Shown: piece after piece, positions 24,682-36,779 of the stretch
Layout: every line of letters starts with the position of its first letter
How positions within the stretch are numbered: the first letter of the stretch is position 1
Assembly: GCF_018350175.1 (NCBI RefSeq)
Contig: NC_058382.1
Location: 51,834,001 to 51,898,000 of the forward strand
Direction of reading: 5' to 3'
Source: Felis catus
Taxonomy: Eukaryota
Length of the DNA: 64,000 bases
Translations under genes and position numbers: made by a program
The notes under the pieces: generated by a model
The model's input: only the letters and a program-made list of their open reading frames with translations
Databases searched by the model: none
Told to the model about the DNA's origin: nothing

Positions 24682-25335
24682 TGTTACGAGCTGAATTATG
24701 CATCCACTCAAATTCATGTGTGGAAGCCCTAATCCTCAGTGCTTCAGATGGGATTGTATTTAGAAGCAGGGCCTTTATTTATTTTTTATTTTTTTTAATG
24801 TCTATTTATTTTTGAGAGAGAGAGAGAGACAAAGGGAGAGAAAGACATGGTGTGAGCAGGGGAAGGGCGGAGAGAGAGAGGGAGACACGGAATCTGAAGC
24901 GGGCCCCAGGCCCTGAGCTGTCGGCACAGAGCCCGACGTGGGGTTCGAACTCACGAGCTGTGAGATCATGACCTGAGCCGAAGTTGGACGCTTAACCAAC
25001 GGAGCCACCCAGGTGCCCCAGAAATAGGGCCTTTAAAGAATCAGGTTAAAATGGGGCCTTGGGGTGGGCCCTAATCCAGTCTGACTGGTGTCTTCTAAGA
25101 GGAGGAGATTAGGACATACAGAGAGACACCAGGGATGTGCACACAGAGAAAGCATGTGAGGACACGGTGAGAAGATGGCCGTCTGCAGGCACAGGAGAGG
25201 GGCTCCGGAAAACAACAAACCCTGCCGACACCCTCACTTGGGACCCCCAGTCTCCACATCTGTGAGAAGAGAAATGTCTCTTGTTTAAGCCACCCGGCGT
25301 ATGATATTTTGTTATAGCCACCCTAGCAAATGGAT
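24682..25335 (+). mobile_element. MLT1 (MLT1B-like) solo LTR interrupted by an antisense SINEC
   Basis: tgttacgagctgaattatg...ggccctaatccagtctgactggtgtc...tgtttaagccaccc. Confidence 0.75.
24776..25019 (-). mobile_element. CAN-SINE (SINEC), antisense, nested in MLT1
   Basis: TSD agaagcagggccttt / agaaatagggccttt. Confidence 0.92.
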
Positions 25336-25429
25336 AGAAAGTAGCCTGGAGATCTTGGCGGTCTTAAAACCCTTTACTGAAGACATTGTTTGTAGCATTT
25401 TACAACATGATCTACATAAACCTCTATAT

Positions 25430-25610
25430 GTGCACTCTCCAGTATGGTACACTGGCCACATGTGGCTATTTGCGTGTAAATTAATTAAGTCAAATTAGAG
25501 AGTCAGTTCCTTAGGGGTACGAGGCACGTTTCATGTGGTCAATAGCCACATGTGGCTCATGGCTACCATATTCAAAGACCATGCCTGTCATTGCAGAAAT
25601 CCTGCTAGAG
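25430..25610 (-). mobile_element. MER3/MER33-like hAT transposon
   Basis: Two gccacatgtggct motifs and ggctaccatatt, typical of MER3. Confidence 0.65.
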
Positions 25611-26292
25611 CTGATCTATGAGATGATGTCATCCTTCTATTTGAAAAGAGGAGACAATTTGCCTCCCTAGCAATCTGGCATGATTACCTTTTAGTAAATT
25701 ACGTTAATTATGCCCTTCCATGTAGATCTCTCTTTGCCTTGACTGTAGTAAAGCTCGCCCGCCAAATGCAGTCACTTATTTATGTGCCCCTTAGTCCTCG
25801 TCGTATTTCCCCCGCATTTGTCCCTTCACGTTAATGGTCGTGGTTTAATCCTCTGTGTGTTTTCCATCCTTTGCCATCACAAAACCCATACAGAGATAGG
25901 TCTGCCTACAAGAATCAATGGAAAAAATAATAATATGATGCTGAGCTTGTTGGGGACACTTATGTGCCCTGGAGCAAGAGACTGGCTTGGTAAGAGACAG
26001 ATCAATGTTGTGCACCAGCGACAGAGGATGGAATGACCCGGAGACAAGGCTGGGTGGGGGTGGGGAGTGTGACTGTCTGTGTAAAGAAACAGCAGGCTTC
26101 AAGTCCCAACAGCAGGCTGGTAAGTTAAGAGAAGACAAAGCCAGGCATCGGATACAGTTGTCCAAACCCAAGCTAAGGAGGCAGAGGTTCAAGGAGAAAC
26201 TGTGGAAAGTCGTCCGTGATCACGGTAGATGGCAGCTGGCTGGCGCGGAGCATCTTTAAAGATTTAGACGCTCCTTCTGAGGGACACGGTTG

Positions 26293-26488
26293 GGGGCGCC
26301 TGGGTGGCGCAGTCGGTTAAGCGTCCGACTTCAGCCAGGTCACGATCTCGCGGTCCATGAGTTCGAGCCCCGCGTCAAGCTCTGGGCTGATGGCTCAGAG
26401 CCTGGAGCCTGTTTCCGATTCTGTGTCTCCCTCTCTCTCTGCCCCTCCCCCGTTCATGCTCTCTCTCTGTCCCAAAAATAAATAAACG
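26293..26488 (+). mobile_element. Young SINEC_Fc-type element lacking a poly(A) tail
   Basis: Ends aaataaataaacg and runs straight into the direct repeat ctgagggacacggttggggg. Confidence 0.92.
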
Positions 26489-27864
26489 CTGAGGGACACG
26501 GTTGGGGGCAGGGAGGGTATTTTGCAGACATCACCCAAAAGCAGGCAACGTGTGGTGTTTCACGGGCATACTGGTTTGGAGAATGGACTGGGGGGCAGCT
26601 GGTCTGGCCAGGAGGTCACTGCGGGTTTTTAGGCGTGGGTCGGTAAGCCCCAGACAAAAGTGGGGGCCGCGGAACAGAGGAGAATAAGCAAGTCGGCGTC
26701 ACCGGAAAGGACGAAAATTGGAAATAAAAGATAAACCAGAAGCAAGAGTCAGAGGCAACCAGGGGTCTTGTATCCCGGGAGACCAGGAGTGGGGTGCTGG
26801 CAAATAATATTTTACTCAGCCGCGGTAGGCGCTTCCATGAGGAAGTGGGATGAGCTGAGCTGTGAGTTTGGCTTAAGGTGATGGCGGAACATGGGGCTGG
26901 GGACGTCCCCGGGCATTTCCGACCCACAATTGCACGGGGATGAGAGACGAGGTGAGCGCCTGTCCCTGTTACTGCTGCTGCTGTTGCTGCCATTTCTAGA
27001 GGACTCACTGTGTGCCAGGCATTGTTCTAAATGCTTTGCGTGTATGAGATCATCTGAACTCCCCAACAACCCTAAGGCCCGGCTATTATCGCTGCCCCCA
27101 TCCAGGTCACAAAAATGAGGCTTTCGGGAAGTCACGCCTGCCCAGTTCTCCCGCCCATACTGCATTTAACGAAAAGTTGAAGTCCAGGCAAGTCTGACGC
27201 TAAGAAGTTTTTGGGGGAAAAACAATGTCAACGAATAAACTCATTGCACAGAAGAATAAGCAAAATGATCACGTTAGCCAACACCCGGGCCAAGTAGTTT
27301 TCCAAGAGTTTTCCGTTCATTAACTCATTTAATCCTCACAATAACCTCGAGTGGTGGGTACTGTCCCTATCGCTGTGGCCCAAATAAGGAAGTGGACTTG
27401 GTGACAAAGGGAGGTGCCCCAGGCCACGTTGCTGCTGTGTGGCCACTTGGGTTCTCGGGTCCGTGCCACGGACGTTAGCTTCTCTACTGCAGAGGGAAGA
27501 GGTTAAAGCCAGGGCCCTGGCGTGCCCCAGCCTGCACAACAGCAGGGGAGAGACGAGGCGTCCGCAGACAGGACGCTGGTAAGGAGACCTCCACGGCCAT
27601 CTGACAGGCCATTAGTATTGGCTGTGCCTCTGACTGACCAGGAAGCACGTAGAGGAAAAGCCTTTGGATTGGGCCCGGGGTCATGGTTGACCTTTCAGAA
27701 AGCCCTCTCGGTAGGACGAGGAGGGCAGAAGTCTGAATGCAGAGGGTCAGGAAGGGAACGCGTGGGTAAGACAGGCTGACGACCAGCACGTGCCTCCCCC
27801 TGGGCACTGAGCAGGACGCACCCCCCCCCCCCCCCCCCCGGGCATAGGCAGGAGGAGCCGCTGC

Positions 27865-28086
27865 AGAGTAGACTCATGGTTGCCTGGGGCTGGGGGACTT
27901 AGCGGGGAAAGGGGAAAGGGACCACTAAAGGGTACGGTGCTTCTGTTTGGAGGGATGAAAATGTTCTAAAATTCCTGGTGGTCGTGGTTGCACGACTCTG
28001 TGACTGTACGAAAGGCCATTGCATTATACGTGTTATACGCGTCGTAATGCACCATACGTGCAAATTGTGTCTCGATAAAGCTGTTA
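27865..28086 (+). mobile_element. L1M (L1MB-like) 3'-end fragment
   Basis: agtagactcatggttgcctggggctggggg...gatgaaaatgttctaaaatt...ggttgcacgactctgtga...ataaagctgtt. Confidence 0.75.
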
Positions 28087-28114
28087 CACTGGGGGGGTGG
28101 AGAGAAGGCCCCTG

Positions 28115-28318
28115 TATTTTATGTATTTGTTTGTCTATTTTAAAGAGAGAGAGCACGAGCGGGGGAGGAGGTCAGAGGGATGGAGAGAGAGAATCCCAAG
28201 CAGGTTCCACACTCAGCATAGAGCCCAATGTGGGGCTCGATCCCACAACCCTGGGATCGTGACCTGAGCTGATATCAAGAGTTGGACGCTCAACCGACGG
28301 AGCCACCCAGGCGTCCCA
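28115..28318 (-). mobile_element. Older CAN-SINE, antisense
   Basis: gagagaatcccaagcaggttccacactcagc...gccacccaggcgtccc. Confidence 0.88.
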
Positions 28319-28809
28319 AGAAGGGCTGTGTAAAGTTGGGATCAGGAGACTTGGGAGATGGGAGGAGGGACAGCTTGGGGAGTCCAGATCCCCGGCCTGA
28401 GTCCTTAGGATGTCCTATCTGCATGGCCTTATAAAACCTTCCATTTAGCCTGGTCCCTTCCCCTAGTTTCCAGATGAGGAAATGGAGGCCCCAGAAGCCA
28501 CTGCTACTGTTTGCTTTATGTCCCTAACTTTCATTTTCCCTTTGCCGTGTGTCCCCCTTTCTCTCAAGCAGAATCCTAGATTTTTCAGTTCAACGCAATC
28601 ACCACCAGCCCCCCTGCCCCACACGTGTGCGCACACACACATTCCCAATTTCCACGCCCATTCTCCCTCCCTCATCACGTGTGTTTTCTGAAGCTCCACA
28701 TATCAGCACCATCATGCCCACAAGCCCTGCCGTGCACCTGCCCTCCACCCTGCTCTGAGCTTCCCAACAGATCAGGAAACCGAGACACAGCTCTGGCTAG
28801 CTTATCCAT

Positions 28810-29290
28810 CTCTGGCGGGCTGAATAATAGCCCCTCAAGGTGTCCACATCCTAATCCCTGAAGTCCTCGAATGTGTGACCCTGTAGGGCCAAAGAGACCT
28901 TACAGATGTGATCAAGGAATTTGAGGGGAGGAGATTACCCTAGAGTATTTGGGTGGTGTTATAGTCACAAGAGTCCTTGTAAGAGGGAGCCAGGGGAGGC
29001 AGAGTCGGACAAGGTGATACGACAAAGGAAGGCCAGGGAAAGAGATGATGTGATGTGGTGCTACAAGCCAAGGAAAGCGGGCGTCTGCAGAAGATAGACA
29101 GGGCAAGGAAGCAGATTCCCCCGTCCCTCCAAAGCCTCCAGAAGGAACCAGTCCTGCAGACCTTGATTTTCACACAGGGACCCATCTCAGGCTTCAGACC
29201 TACAGCACTGTAAGAGAATAAATTTGTATTTTGTGTTAGGCTACTAAGTTTGGGGTGGTTTGCTACGGCAGCGATCGGGAATGAAGACAC
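28810..29290 (+). mobile_element. MLT1D-like solo LTR
   Basis: ggctgaataatagcccc...tgtccacatcctaatccctg...gcctccagaaggaacc...gtaagagaataaatttgt. Confidence 0.75.
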
Positions 29291-30784
29291 CATCTATTCC
29301 GCTGAAATACGGAGGCTGGGCTTCAAAAAGGCACCTGCAAATGGGAAGACATGGGTCCACCTCAAGGAGCAGCCAGGGCGGCAGGAGTGAACGGCCTGAC
29401 AGTTACATCAGCAGGATGTAAAACCCAAAGGAGGGAGCTGGAGGGGTGACCGAGGCACGTGATCCCGCCTGGGCACAGGCCCAGAAACTGGACAGAGCGG
29501 AGCTTGGCACATCGAAGCACAGGAAGAAGGTGCTTCTGGTGGAGCATGAGGGGATGGGGAGGCCGGGAGGCAGACCTTGGGGGGGCGGAGGAAACGGAGC
29601 ACGTAGAAACTCCCTCCGCCACCCACCTGTGCCGTCCTGACTCTGGCCAACTGGACCATTGCGACGCTTCAAAGACCTGGGTCTCTTGCCCCCTTGCCTG
29701 TATTCGTGCCGTTCTCTGGTTTTTCCACCTGTCGTGCCCTTCCCTCATCCTTGTCCTGTGAAATTCCTGCTCCCCTTTCAAGATTCGGGGATGGCGTTGA
29801 CTCTTCTGGGAAAGGATCCCCAACATCCGCCAGTCTTGCCATGACCCCCAGCCCTGAGTTAGGAACGCCTCCTCTGGGGTCCCCTGGGCTTGCCTACTTC
29901 ATCTACGTGTTCGTGGACAGTTGCATACAAAAAATGGAGAAAATAATGGTGCCTTCCATCAGTTTCCAGTTGCAGGAATCAAATGACCTGATGCCTGACA
30001 GGTGGTAAGTGCTCGCTGGCTATTACTCTTGTGATGCGATGCAAATGTATCCCCCACAGAGCTGAGATCTTTGGGGCCAGGGGCTCTCACGCAAGATACC
30101 GAGCAAGGAGAACACAGGATGTGCGGTGCAAAAGATTTCCGGGGCCTCGGGGCATGTGTTTCCATCAGCCTGGTGCAGCGTCTACCATCCAGGCTCTAAG
30201 CAGACAATTTTGCCTCCACCAGAGACCACGACATATTGCAGGATTAGGTTTATTCACAGCTCAGCGCCCCTTCTTAGAAGTCTCCGAATTCATTTCTGTT
30301 ACGTAGAAAATGATCGCTTTTGCCTTCACGCCTATCGTTTGGCTGAAAATACATCACAAGACTGGATTTTCTCGTGAGCCAGGGACAGAGTCAATGCAGG
30401 CTGCTCTTGGCCGTGTTTTTAAAAGGCCCAGACAAAATTCTGCTGCTTCCAAGGCTAGAAATGTCTGCTTGCTTCTGTTTGCTTTCCAAGTCGATGAAGC
30501 AGTCACTTTATAGGTCTCATTTGCAAGGTGACACCAGAAGACCCGTTTTCAAATGTTTTCCGAGGTATCTGTACCGATGTGTTCATCGCGGATTCTGATC
30601 TACTCCCTAGAAGCAGATGAGGGAGCTAACTGTGCCGCAGACCAAGATTGTTTGAGCACTGGAACATACATTTAAGCATTCCCCGGAGAATGCATGAAGA
30701 AAGGATGTACTGGCAGACAGGCATGCTGTGGAGGTTGCCTCCAATTCCACCTGCTGGATGCATTCTCCTCCCTGGGCAGCCCTT

Positions 30785-31248
30785 AAAATGGGCCGCCATA
30801 ACCGAGAACCACAACCTGAATGGCTTCGGAGATAGAAATGTATTGTCTCACGGTTCTGGAGGCCAGACATCCCAGATCCAGGTATCAGCGGGTTAGTTCC
30901 TTCTGAGGGCTGTGAGGAGGAATCTGTTCCAGCCCCTCCCTCAGTTTCTGGGGGTTCACTGCCATCTTTGGTGTCCCTTGGCTTATAGACACATCACCCC
31001 CCACACCGTGTCTGCCTTCGTGTTCACCTGGGGTTCTCTCTCTGTGTCTGGCCCCAAATCACCCCTTCTTATGAAGACAGCAGTCATTGGAATAAGGCTC
31101 ACCCCACTCCAGTGCGACCATATCTTAACTGATTTTATCTGCAAAGACCCTATTTCCCAATACGGTCCCATTCTGAGGTCCTGGAGGTTAGAATTCAGCA
31201 TATGAATTTTCTGGGGGAGGATCTGGGGACACAGCTCAATACACAACA
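30785..31248 (-). mobile_element. MLT1C-like solo LTR
   Basis: ctcacggttctggaggccaga...ttccttctgagggctgtgagg...tctgcaaagaccctatttcc. Confidence 0.75.
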
Positions 31249-31694
31249 AATGGTGAGTCACAGGCCCTCAAAATGGGAAAATGTTTTGTGAACTGGAAAG
31301 GGCTGAAGAGACAAATTTTTGCTTAAGGGTTAAAGGAGCAGGCTCTGGAGTCGGGCCAAAGCCTCTTTCCAACTGGTTACAGCTGTGAGTCCTTGGGAGA
31401 GGCATTTCTAGACTCTGCTTCTTCATCCGTGAAATGGGGATGATGGCAGTGTCTATAGGGTTGTGAAAATGTCCCAGACAGTGCAGGGCAAGGTTGTGGG
31501 GCATGTCCTGGTGCCCCCATAAAAGTCAGTTGTTACTATCTGGGGACGGATGGGGAGGGTGGGGCCCTGTCTTCCTGACTCTTGTCATTAATCCTCCCAG
31601 GGCTGGTTCCCTACCACCACCCCCCCCCCCCCCCAGCCACTGATTTGCCACCATTGTGACATAAACAGGCTTTACTAGTGCCCTTGCCTTTTGC

Positions 31695-31908
31695 TTTTTT
31701 TTTTTTTTAATTTTTTTAAAAGTTTATTTATTTTGAAAGAGAAAGAGTGAGCGCGGCGGCAGGGGGGGGGGTGGGTCAGAGAGAGAGGATCCCAAGCAGG
31801 CTCTGCACGGTCAGCACAGAGCCCCAGGTGGGGCTCGAACTCACGAACCGTGAGATCATGACCTGAGCCCAGGTCAGGCGCTTAACCGACCGAGCCACCA
31901 GGCGCCCC
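31695..31908 (-). mobile_element. CAN-SINE, antisense
   Basis: Reverse-complement head (gccaccaggcgcccc); TSD-like ttgccttt. Confidence 0.88.
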
Positions 31909-33256
31909 TTGCCTTTCGCTTTTACTCGCTTCCAGAGGCATCTGTGGGAGCTGCTTTATGCGACAGAAGCTCCGAGCGGCACAAATGATAAACACATGCT
32001 GGTGTTTGGACCCACAGATCCGCCGACCATCTAGACTCTGATTACTAAACTGTCGGCTTGTTTTGGTAGGTGCTGCCCAGGAAAGTACTGCGCTCTGGTT
32101 AGTCATTTAATCATCTGCGAGTGAGCAGCTGCCTGTGAGCCCTGGCCAAGGGACAGAGTAACGACGGCGGCTCGAGTCTGACGTTTACACTGAGCCAGAC
32201 GCTGTCCCGGGCGTATTCTGTGCGCACAGGCTCGTTTGGACGCACAGCAGTGCTGAGTGCTGTCAGGATCTCTTACCTCCTCACCGCACGGATGACACTG
32301 AGGGGGGTCAGTGGCTTGGGTGAGGTCGCCCAAACACAAGGGGTGAAGCCCAAACTCAGCTCTCAGGCTGACTGTGTCCTGCAGCCATACTCGTGGCCAT
32401 AGCCGTGGCCCCTTCAGGAGAGGGTGGTGGTGACCGTGCCCCGGCCCCTTCACCCTGCTTGCCCCGTCTCTCTGATTGGAGGCCTCTTGGTTTGGCCGGA
32501 GACGACTGGTTTTCAAGACCTTGGTTCTTCCGCCCCTACCTTCTCTGACTGCGGACGGGTGACTCTGAATTGCGAGCCTCAGTTTTCTGAAGCTGTACGA
32601 CGGGGCTGATAACCCTGGCTCTTCCTGCCCCTTTTGGTCTGGTGCGAGGCACGCGTAAGCTATGAACGGCATGCTGTCTAGAAATGCCTCAGGGTTGTAC
32701 TCAATACCACTTTGGTTTCTTCCTTTCCACCTCTCTCCCTAAATGTGTGTCATTTTCGTGGATTCCCTGTCAAATTTGCTCAACAAACCCCCAGTGGGTG
32801 AGGATGGGGTGACCACACGGTGGTCAGTCGCCTCAGCCCTCTGGAGGTGGCAGTAGTTATGTCCGAGGTTCAGATAAGAAGGACTGAGGCTGGGAGAGTG
32901 GACGCCTCCTGCAAGGCACAGGACTCTAAGGGCAACACAGATTCCCTGGACTCTAGGGCTGGTCGTTGAACTTGCTACTTGCCTTTCCTGCCTCGCCCCC
33001 GTGGCCTCAAATTATGAACGAGTTGGGCTAATTTCCCTGCATTCCTATTGCTTGGCACTTGGACGTACCCCAAACGATCACTTTTACCATCCAAACCGCT
33101 GAATGAAGGGCTGTGCTGGGAAGCATAGACGGGACAGTTCAGAGAGGTTGCTGTTTGCACAGCATTTTACTGGCCTTTTTGGCCTCAAGCCCCGCAGTAA
33201 ACCCACAGTGATAGGCGGGACGGGTGACATCACGCCCATCATATAGAATTTCAAAA

Positions 33257-33468
33257 GGGGGCGCCTGGGGGCCTCAGTCGGTTCCGTGTCTGACTTCAGC
33301 TCAGGTCATGACCTCACGGTCCGTGGGCCTGAGCCCTAAGTCGGGCTCTTGGCTGACAGCTCAGAGCCTGGAACCTGCTTCAGATTCAGTGTCTCCCTCT
33401 CTCTGCCCCTCCCCCTCTCGCACTCTGTCTCTCACACAAAAAAATAAACAGTAAAAATTTTTTAAAAA
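33257..33468 (+). mobile_element. CAN-SINE (SINEC)
   Basis: gggggcgcctggg head, body and tail. Confidence 0.9.
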
Positions 33469-34122
33469 AGAGAGGGACTGGGCAATGTTATTTGTACAAG
33501 GTAGCAGAAGCAGGAATCCAAGCTAGATTTCTTATCCTGGAGCTCATGCGTGTGTGTGAGTATGTGTGTGTTTGTGTGCATGTGTGTGTTTGTGTGCGTG
33601 CTTTGCGTATTGTATTGCCTTTTACCCCAGAATAATTTTTTTCTTGCAATGAAAAGAATTACGTAAATCCCGTATAATCACAATGTACAATACTTAGGAA
33701 AGAGAAGAAGACAGACCACCCACAATTTGTGCCACCTTCCACAAAACTGTTGTTACTGCTTTAAGGTAGCCCATTCCTGGCTTTGTTCCTGCATATCTGC
33801 TGCCCATCCCCCACACAGCTGTAGTTGTAAGTGCCCAGGTGTGATCACCAGCCTGTGTGAGCAAAGTAGGAGTGTGTTATGATCCTTAAGTAGGAAGGTA
33901 GGGTTACAACAAAATGGCGTCAGCATTTGCCTTGGCCCATTGGGGGCTGGGCCTTCCACATACGACGTTCAGGGGCCGCACAAACATTCAGTCCGTAACA
34001 CTTTCTAAGTTCCCCAGAGACACTTAAAGCGATCCTTTTCTTCCTAACTAACACAAGAATTTCAGGCCAAGACGTGTGCCTTCAGGCTATGTAGGGATTC
34101 CTTCCTTGACCCACTTTTTACT

Positions 34123-34220
34123 TAAGAAAATGCTTTTTCCAGGTTCCATGTAGTTTCGTCATCATTTTCTCATTCATTTGTGAGCCATTGGTTAGCCCCA
34201 AACTTGCGTTTACTGAGCAC
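34123..34220 (+). repeat. Copy 1 of a 98-bp inverted duplication (partner at 36682-36779)
   Basis: 95/98 identity to the reverse complement of 36682-36779. Confidence 0.95.
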
Positions 34221-34700
34221 CTACTACGTGCCAAGCCCAGAGCTAGGCGCTGCAGAGGCAGGAAAGCAGACGTGTAAACCATTAAAACAGTGTGTTGCTC
34301 GCTCAAGCACGGGAGAGATCTCAAGAAATACTGCTGGCAAAGAGGAGGAATTCAACTCTACCTGAGTGGTCATGTGGTTACCAAAGGCTCGCCTGAGCCA
34401 CCCCCTACCTGTCAGGGGACACGGCTTTATGTGCCCGCCACTTCTGGGCACCTTGTGGAGACAATGGGCTGTTTCGGGGCTCCCAATCTTGAGATAATTT
34501 TCTTACAGCTAAAAGAGTTGTTGGCATGGCTTCGTTATCTTTAAAGGAGAAGAGAATTTGAGGCCGCGTCAAGAAAAAAAAAGCAACAGCTGAAAGGAGA
34601 CGCCTAACGTTTATTCTCACTGCGCTCTTTTTGCCAAGATTCCAGCTTTATTCTCTGCGTTTTAAAATGTGATGGGGGGGGGGGGCAGAGGGGAGGGGGA

Positions 34701-34822
34701 GGGGCCTTGGTGGCTCAGTCGGTTAAGCGTCTGACGCTTGATTTCGGCTCAGGTCATGATGTCACAGTTTGTGGGTTCAAGCCCCGCGTTGGGCTCTGTG
34801 CTGAGGATGGAGCCTGCTTGGG

Positions 34823-34872
<50 letters not shown>

Positions 34873-34920
34873 CCTCCCCCGCTCACACACTCTCTCTAAA
34901 ATTAAATTAAATTAAAAAAA
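34701..34920 (+). mobile_element. CAN-SINE with a long (CT)n tract
   Basis: gtggctcagtcggttaagcgtctgac...gagcctgcttgggattctctc. Confidence 0.9.
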
Positions 34921-35579
34921 TATTGACTGGGAGGTTTCTTCAGATCTTCCCCGGAAAGACGCAAAATATGGCGTAGTCCCTGCTGCCCCCTGCCTCACCC
35001 CCGGGATCACTTTGCTGTTCAGGTCAAGTTTCACATTGTTTCCACTTGGCTACCAGCTTCCAGCACCCTCTGTCGCCCCATTATGCACAAGTTGACTTTC
35101 TTCGCTCAGTTTTTCTCAGTTGGCAGTCTTCCCCGCATCCTTATTCTCTGTTTGTGTCATTAGACGCATTTAGGTTTCTTGTGTTACGGGGTCTTCCCTC
35201 CGTGCTTTGCAAATATGACTCACACTCTGTAGCTTTCATCGCCTGTGTCCGGCCTCCCCTCCAGTGTTAGTGAGCTTGTCCCAGACTCGCCGTGTTGAGA
35301 AGCATGCCTTTTTGAAAACGGTCATTAAAGAGAGTCCAGAGCAGCGGCTGCCGCTTCTGTCACGGACATTCCAAGCATCTGTGTCGGATCTAGGTTTGGG
35401 CTTCTATTCGCTGCCTGTTGTTGTTGGACTTTCCCCCTCACTATCCACCTCTGCGGTTTTCGGATGGCCTTGGCACACATCGGGAATTGCTGTCCCCTTC
35501 TTCCACCCGACAGGGAGTGTTGAATGAATAGTTCCTCCCAGATGTGCTAAACAGTAAACTTTTTAAAAAGTGCTTTCTT

Positions 35580-35777
35580 GGGGTCCCTGGGTGGCTCAGT
35601 CGGTTAAGCATCCGACTTTGGCTCCGGTCATGATCTTAGGGTTCATGACTTCAAGCCCCACATCAGGCTCTGTGCTTCAGATTCTGTCTCCCTCTCTCTC
35701 TGCCCCTCCCTCACTTGTGCTCTGTCTGTCTCTCTCTCTCTCAAAAGTAAACATTAAAAAAAAAACCTTAAAAAAAG
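35580..35777 (+). mobile_element. CAN-SINE with an internal deletion
   Basis: SINEC head and tail; TSD-like aaaaa(g)gtgcttt. Confidence 0.88.
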
Positions 35778-36681
35778 GTGCTTTATTTACTCTTCTAAAA
35801 GCTTATTGATATCTACCGTGTGCTAGGAAATGTTATGAGGAATACAACATCCTACTGTCTTAGTTGCTAGAGTCTGGAAGGAGAGAGGTCTCTGCTGTAT
35901 AAATGCATCCATCCCAGTATCATGTGGTTCTGCTGGGAGTATAGCATGACCAGGTCTGGGGAAAACAGGGAGGGCTTCAAAGAGGAGGCGCGCTTGATCT
36001 GGTTCTCTACCCTGGGCCACTTCCTACTTATCACAACAGCAGGGTCATGTGACAGATGTCAGCAGACCCAGAGGACGCCTTAGGCTGGGACGGCCTCACA
36101 GCAGAGGCTGGGGTACAGGCTTGTGTGCAAACATTTATGTGAGAAGCGATCTCACCGAGGAAAAGTGAGGGAGAAGGAGGGCATTCAGGAACGGAACAAA
36201 GGTCTCTTTCCAGAGACCGAGGTGTTCCCATAAAGAGCCATTATCAGGAGGAGGGAGAGGAGGGTGAGGGTTGACGGGCAGAGGAAGTATGCAGGCATGG
36301 AAAGTTTCAGAGTCCCAGTGATGGGAGTTCAAATTCGTCTCCTCCTGAGCAGATGACAACTGACTGAATCACTCTGAGCCTTTGTCTCCCTGGCTGCCCA
36401 AGTCAGATTGGCTGTGAGTGGATTGATTCCATGCATAAATACAGCTAGAGTTAGCTCGTTTCTTGGGCAAGCTCAGGAAATGCATCTTACAACGTCTTCT
36501 GAGGACACCAGAGGAGACGTGTTGTCATTGAACGTCCATCCCCATTAGCGAAGGGGGTGTCACAGACACCAACTTCCTGGTACTTCTGGGCTCTGCACAC
36601 ATGCCCCCCACTTTCACATCAGGGACGCTTCGGGGTGAGGCACACAGAGCCCGAGGCCCTGCATAAAATGGGTCTACACCT

Positions 36682-36779
36682 GTGCTCAGTAAATGCAAGT
36701 TTGGGGCTAACCAATGGCTCACAAATGAATGAGAAAATGATGACGAAACTACATGGAACCCGAAAAAAGCATTTTCTTA
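36682..36779 (-). repeat. Copy 2 of the 98-bp inverted duplication
   Basis: gtgctcagtaaatgcaagtttggggctaaccaatggctcacaaatgaatgagaaaatgatgacgaaactacatggaacccgaaaaaagcattttctta. Confidence 0.95.
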
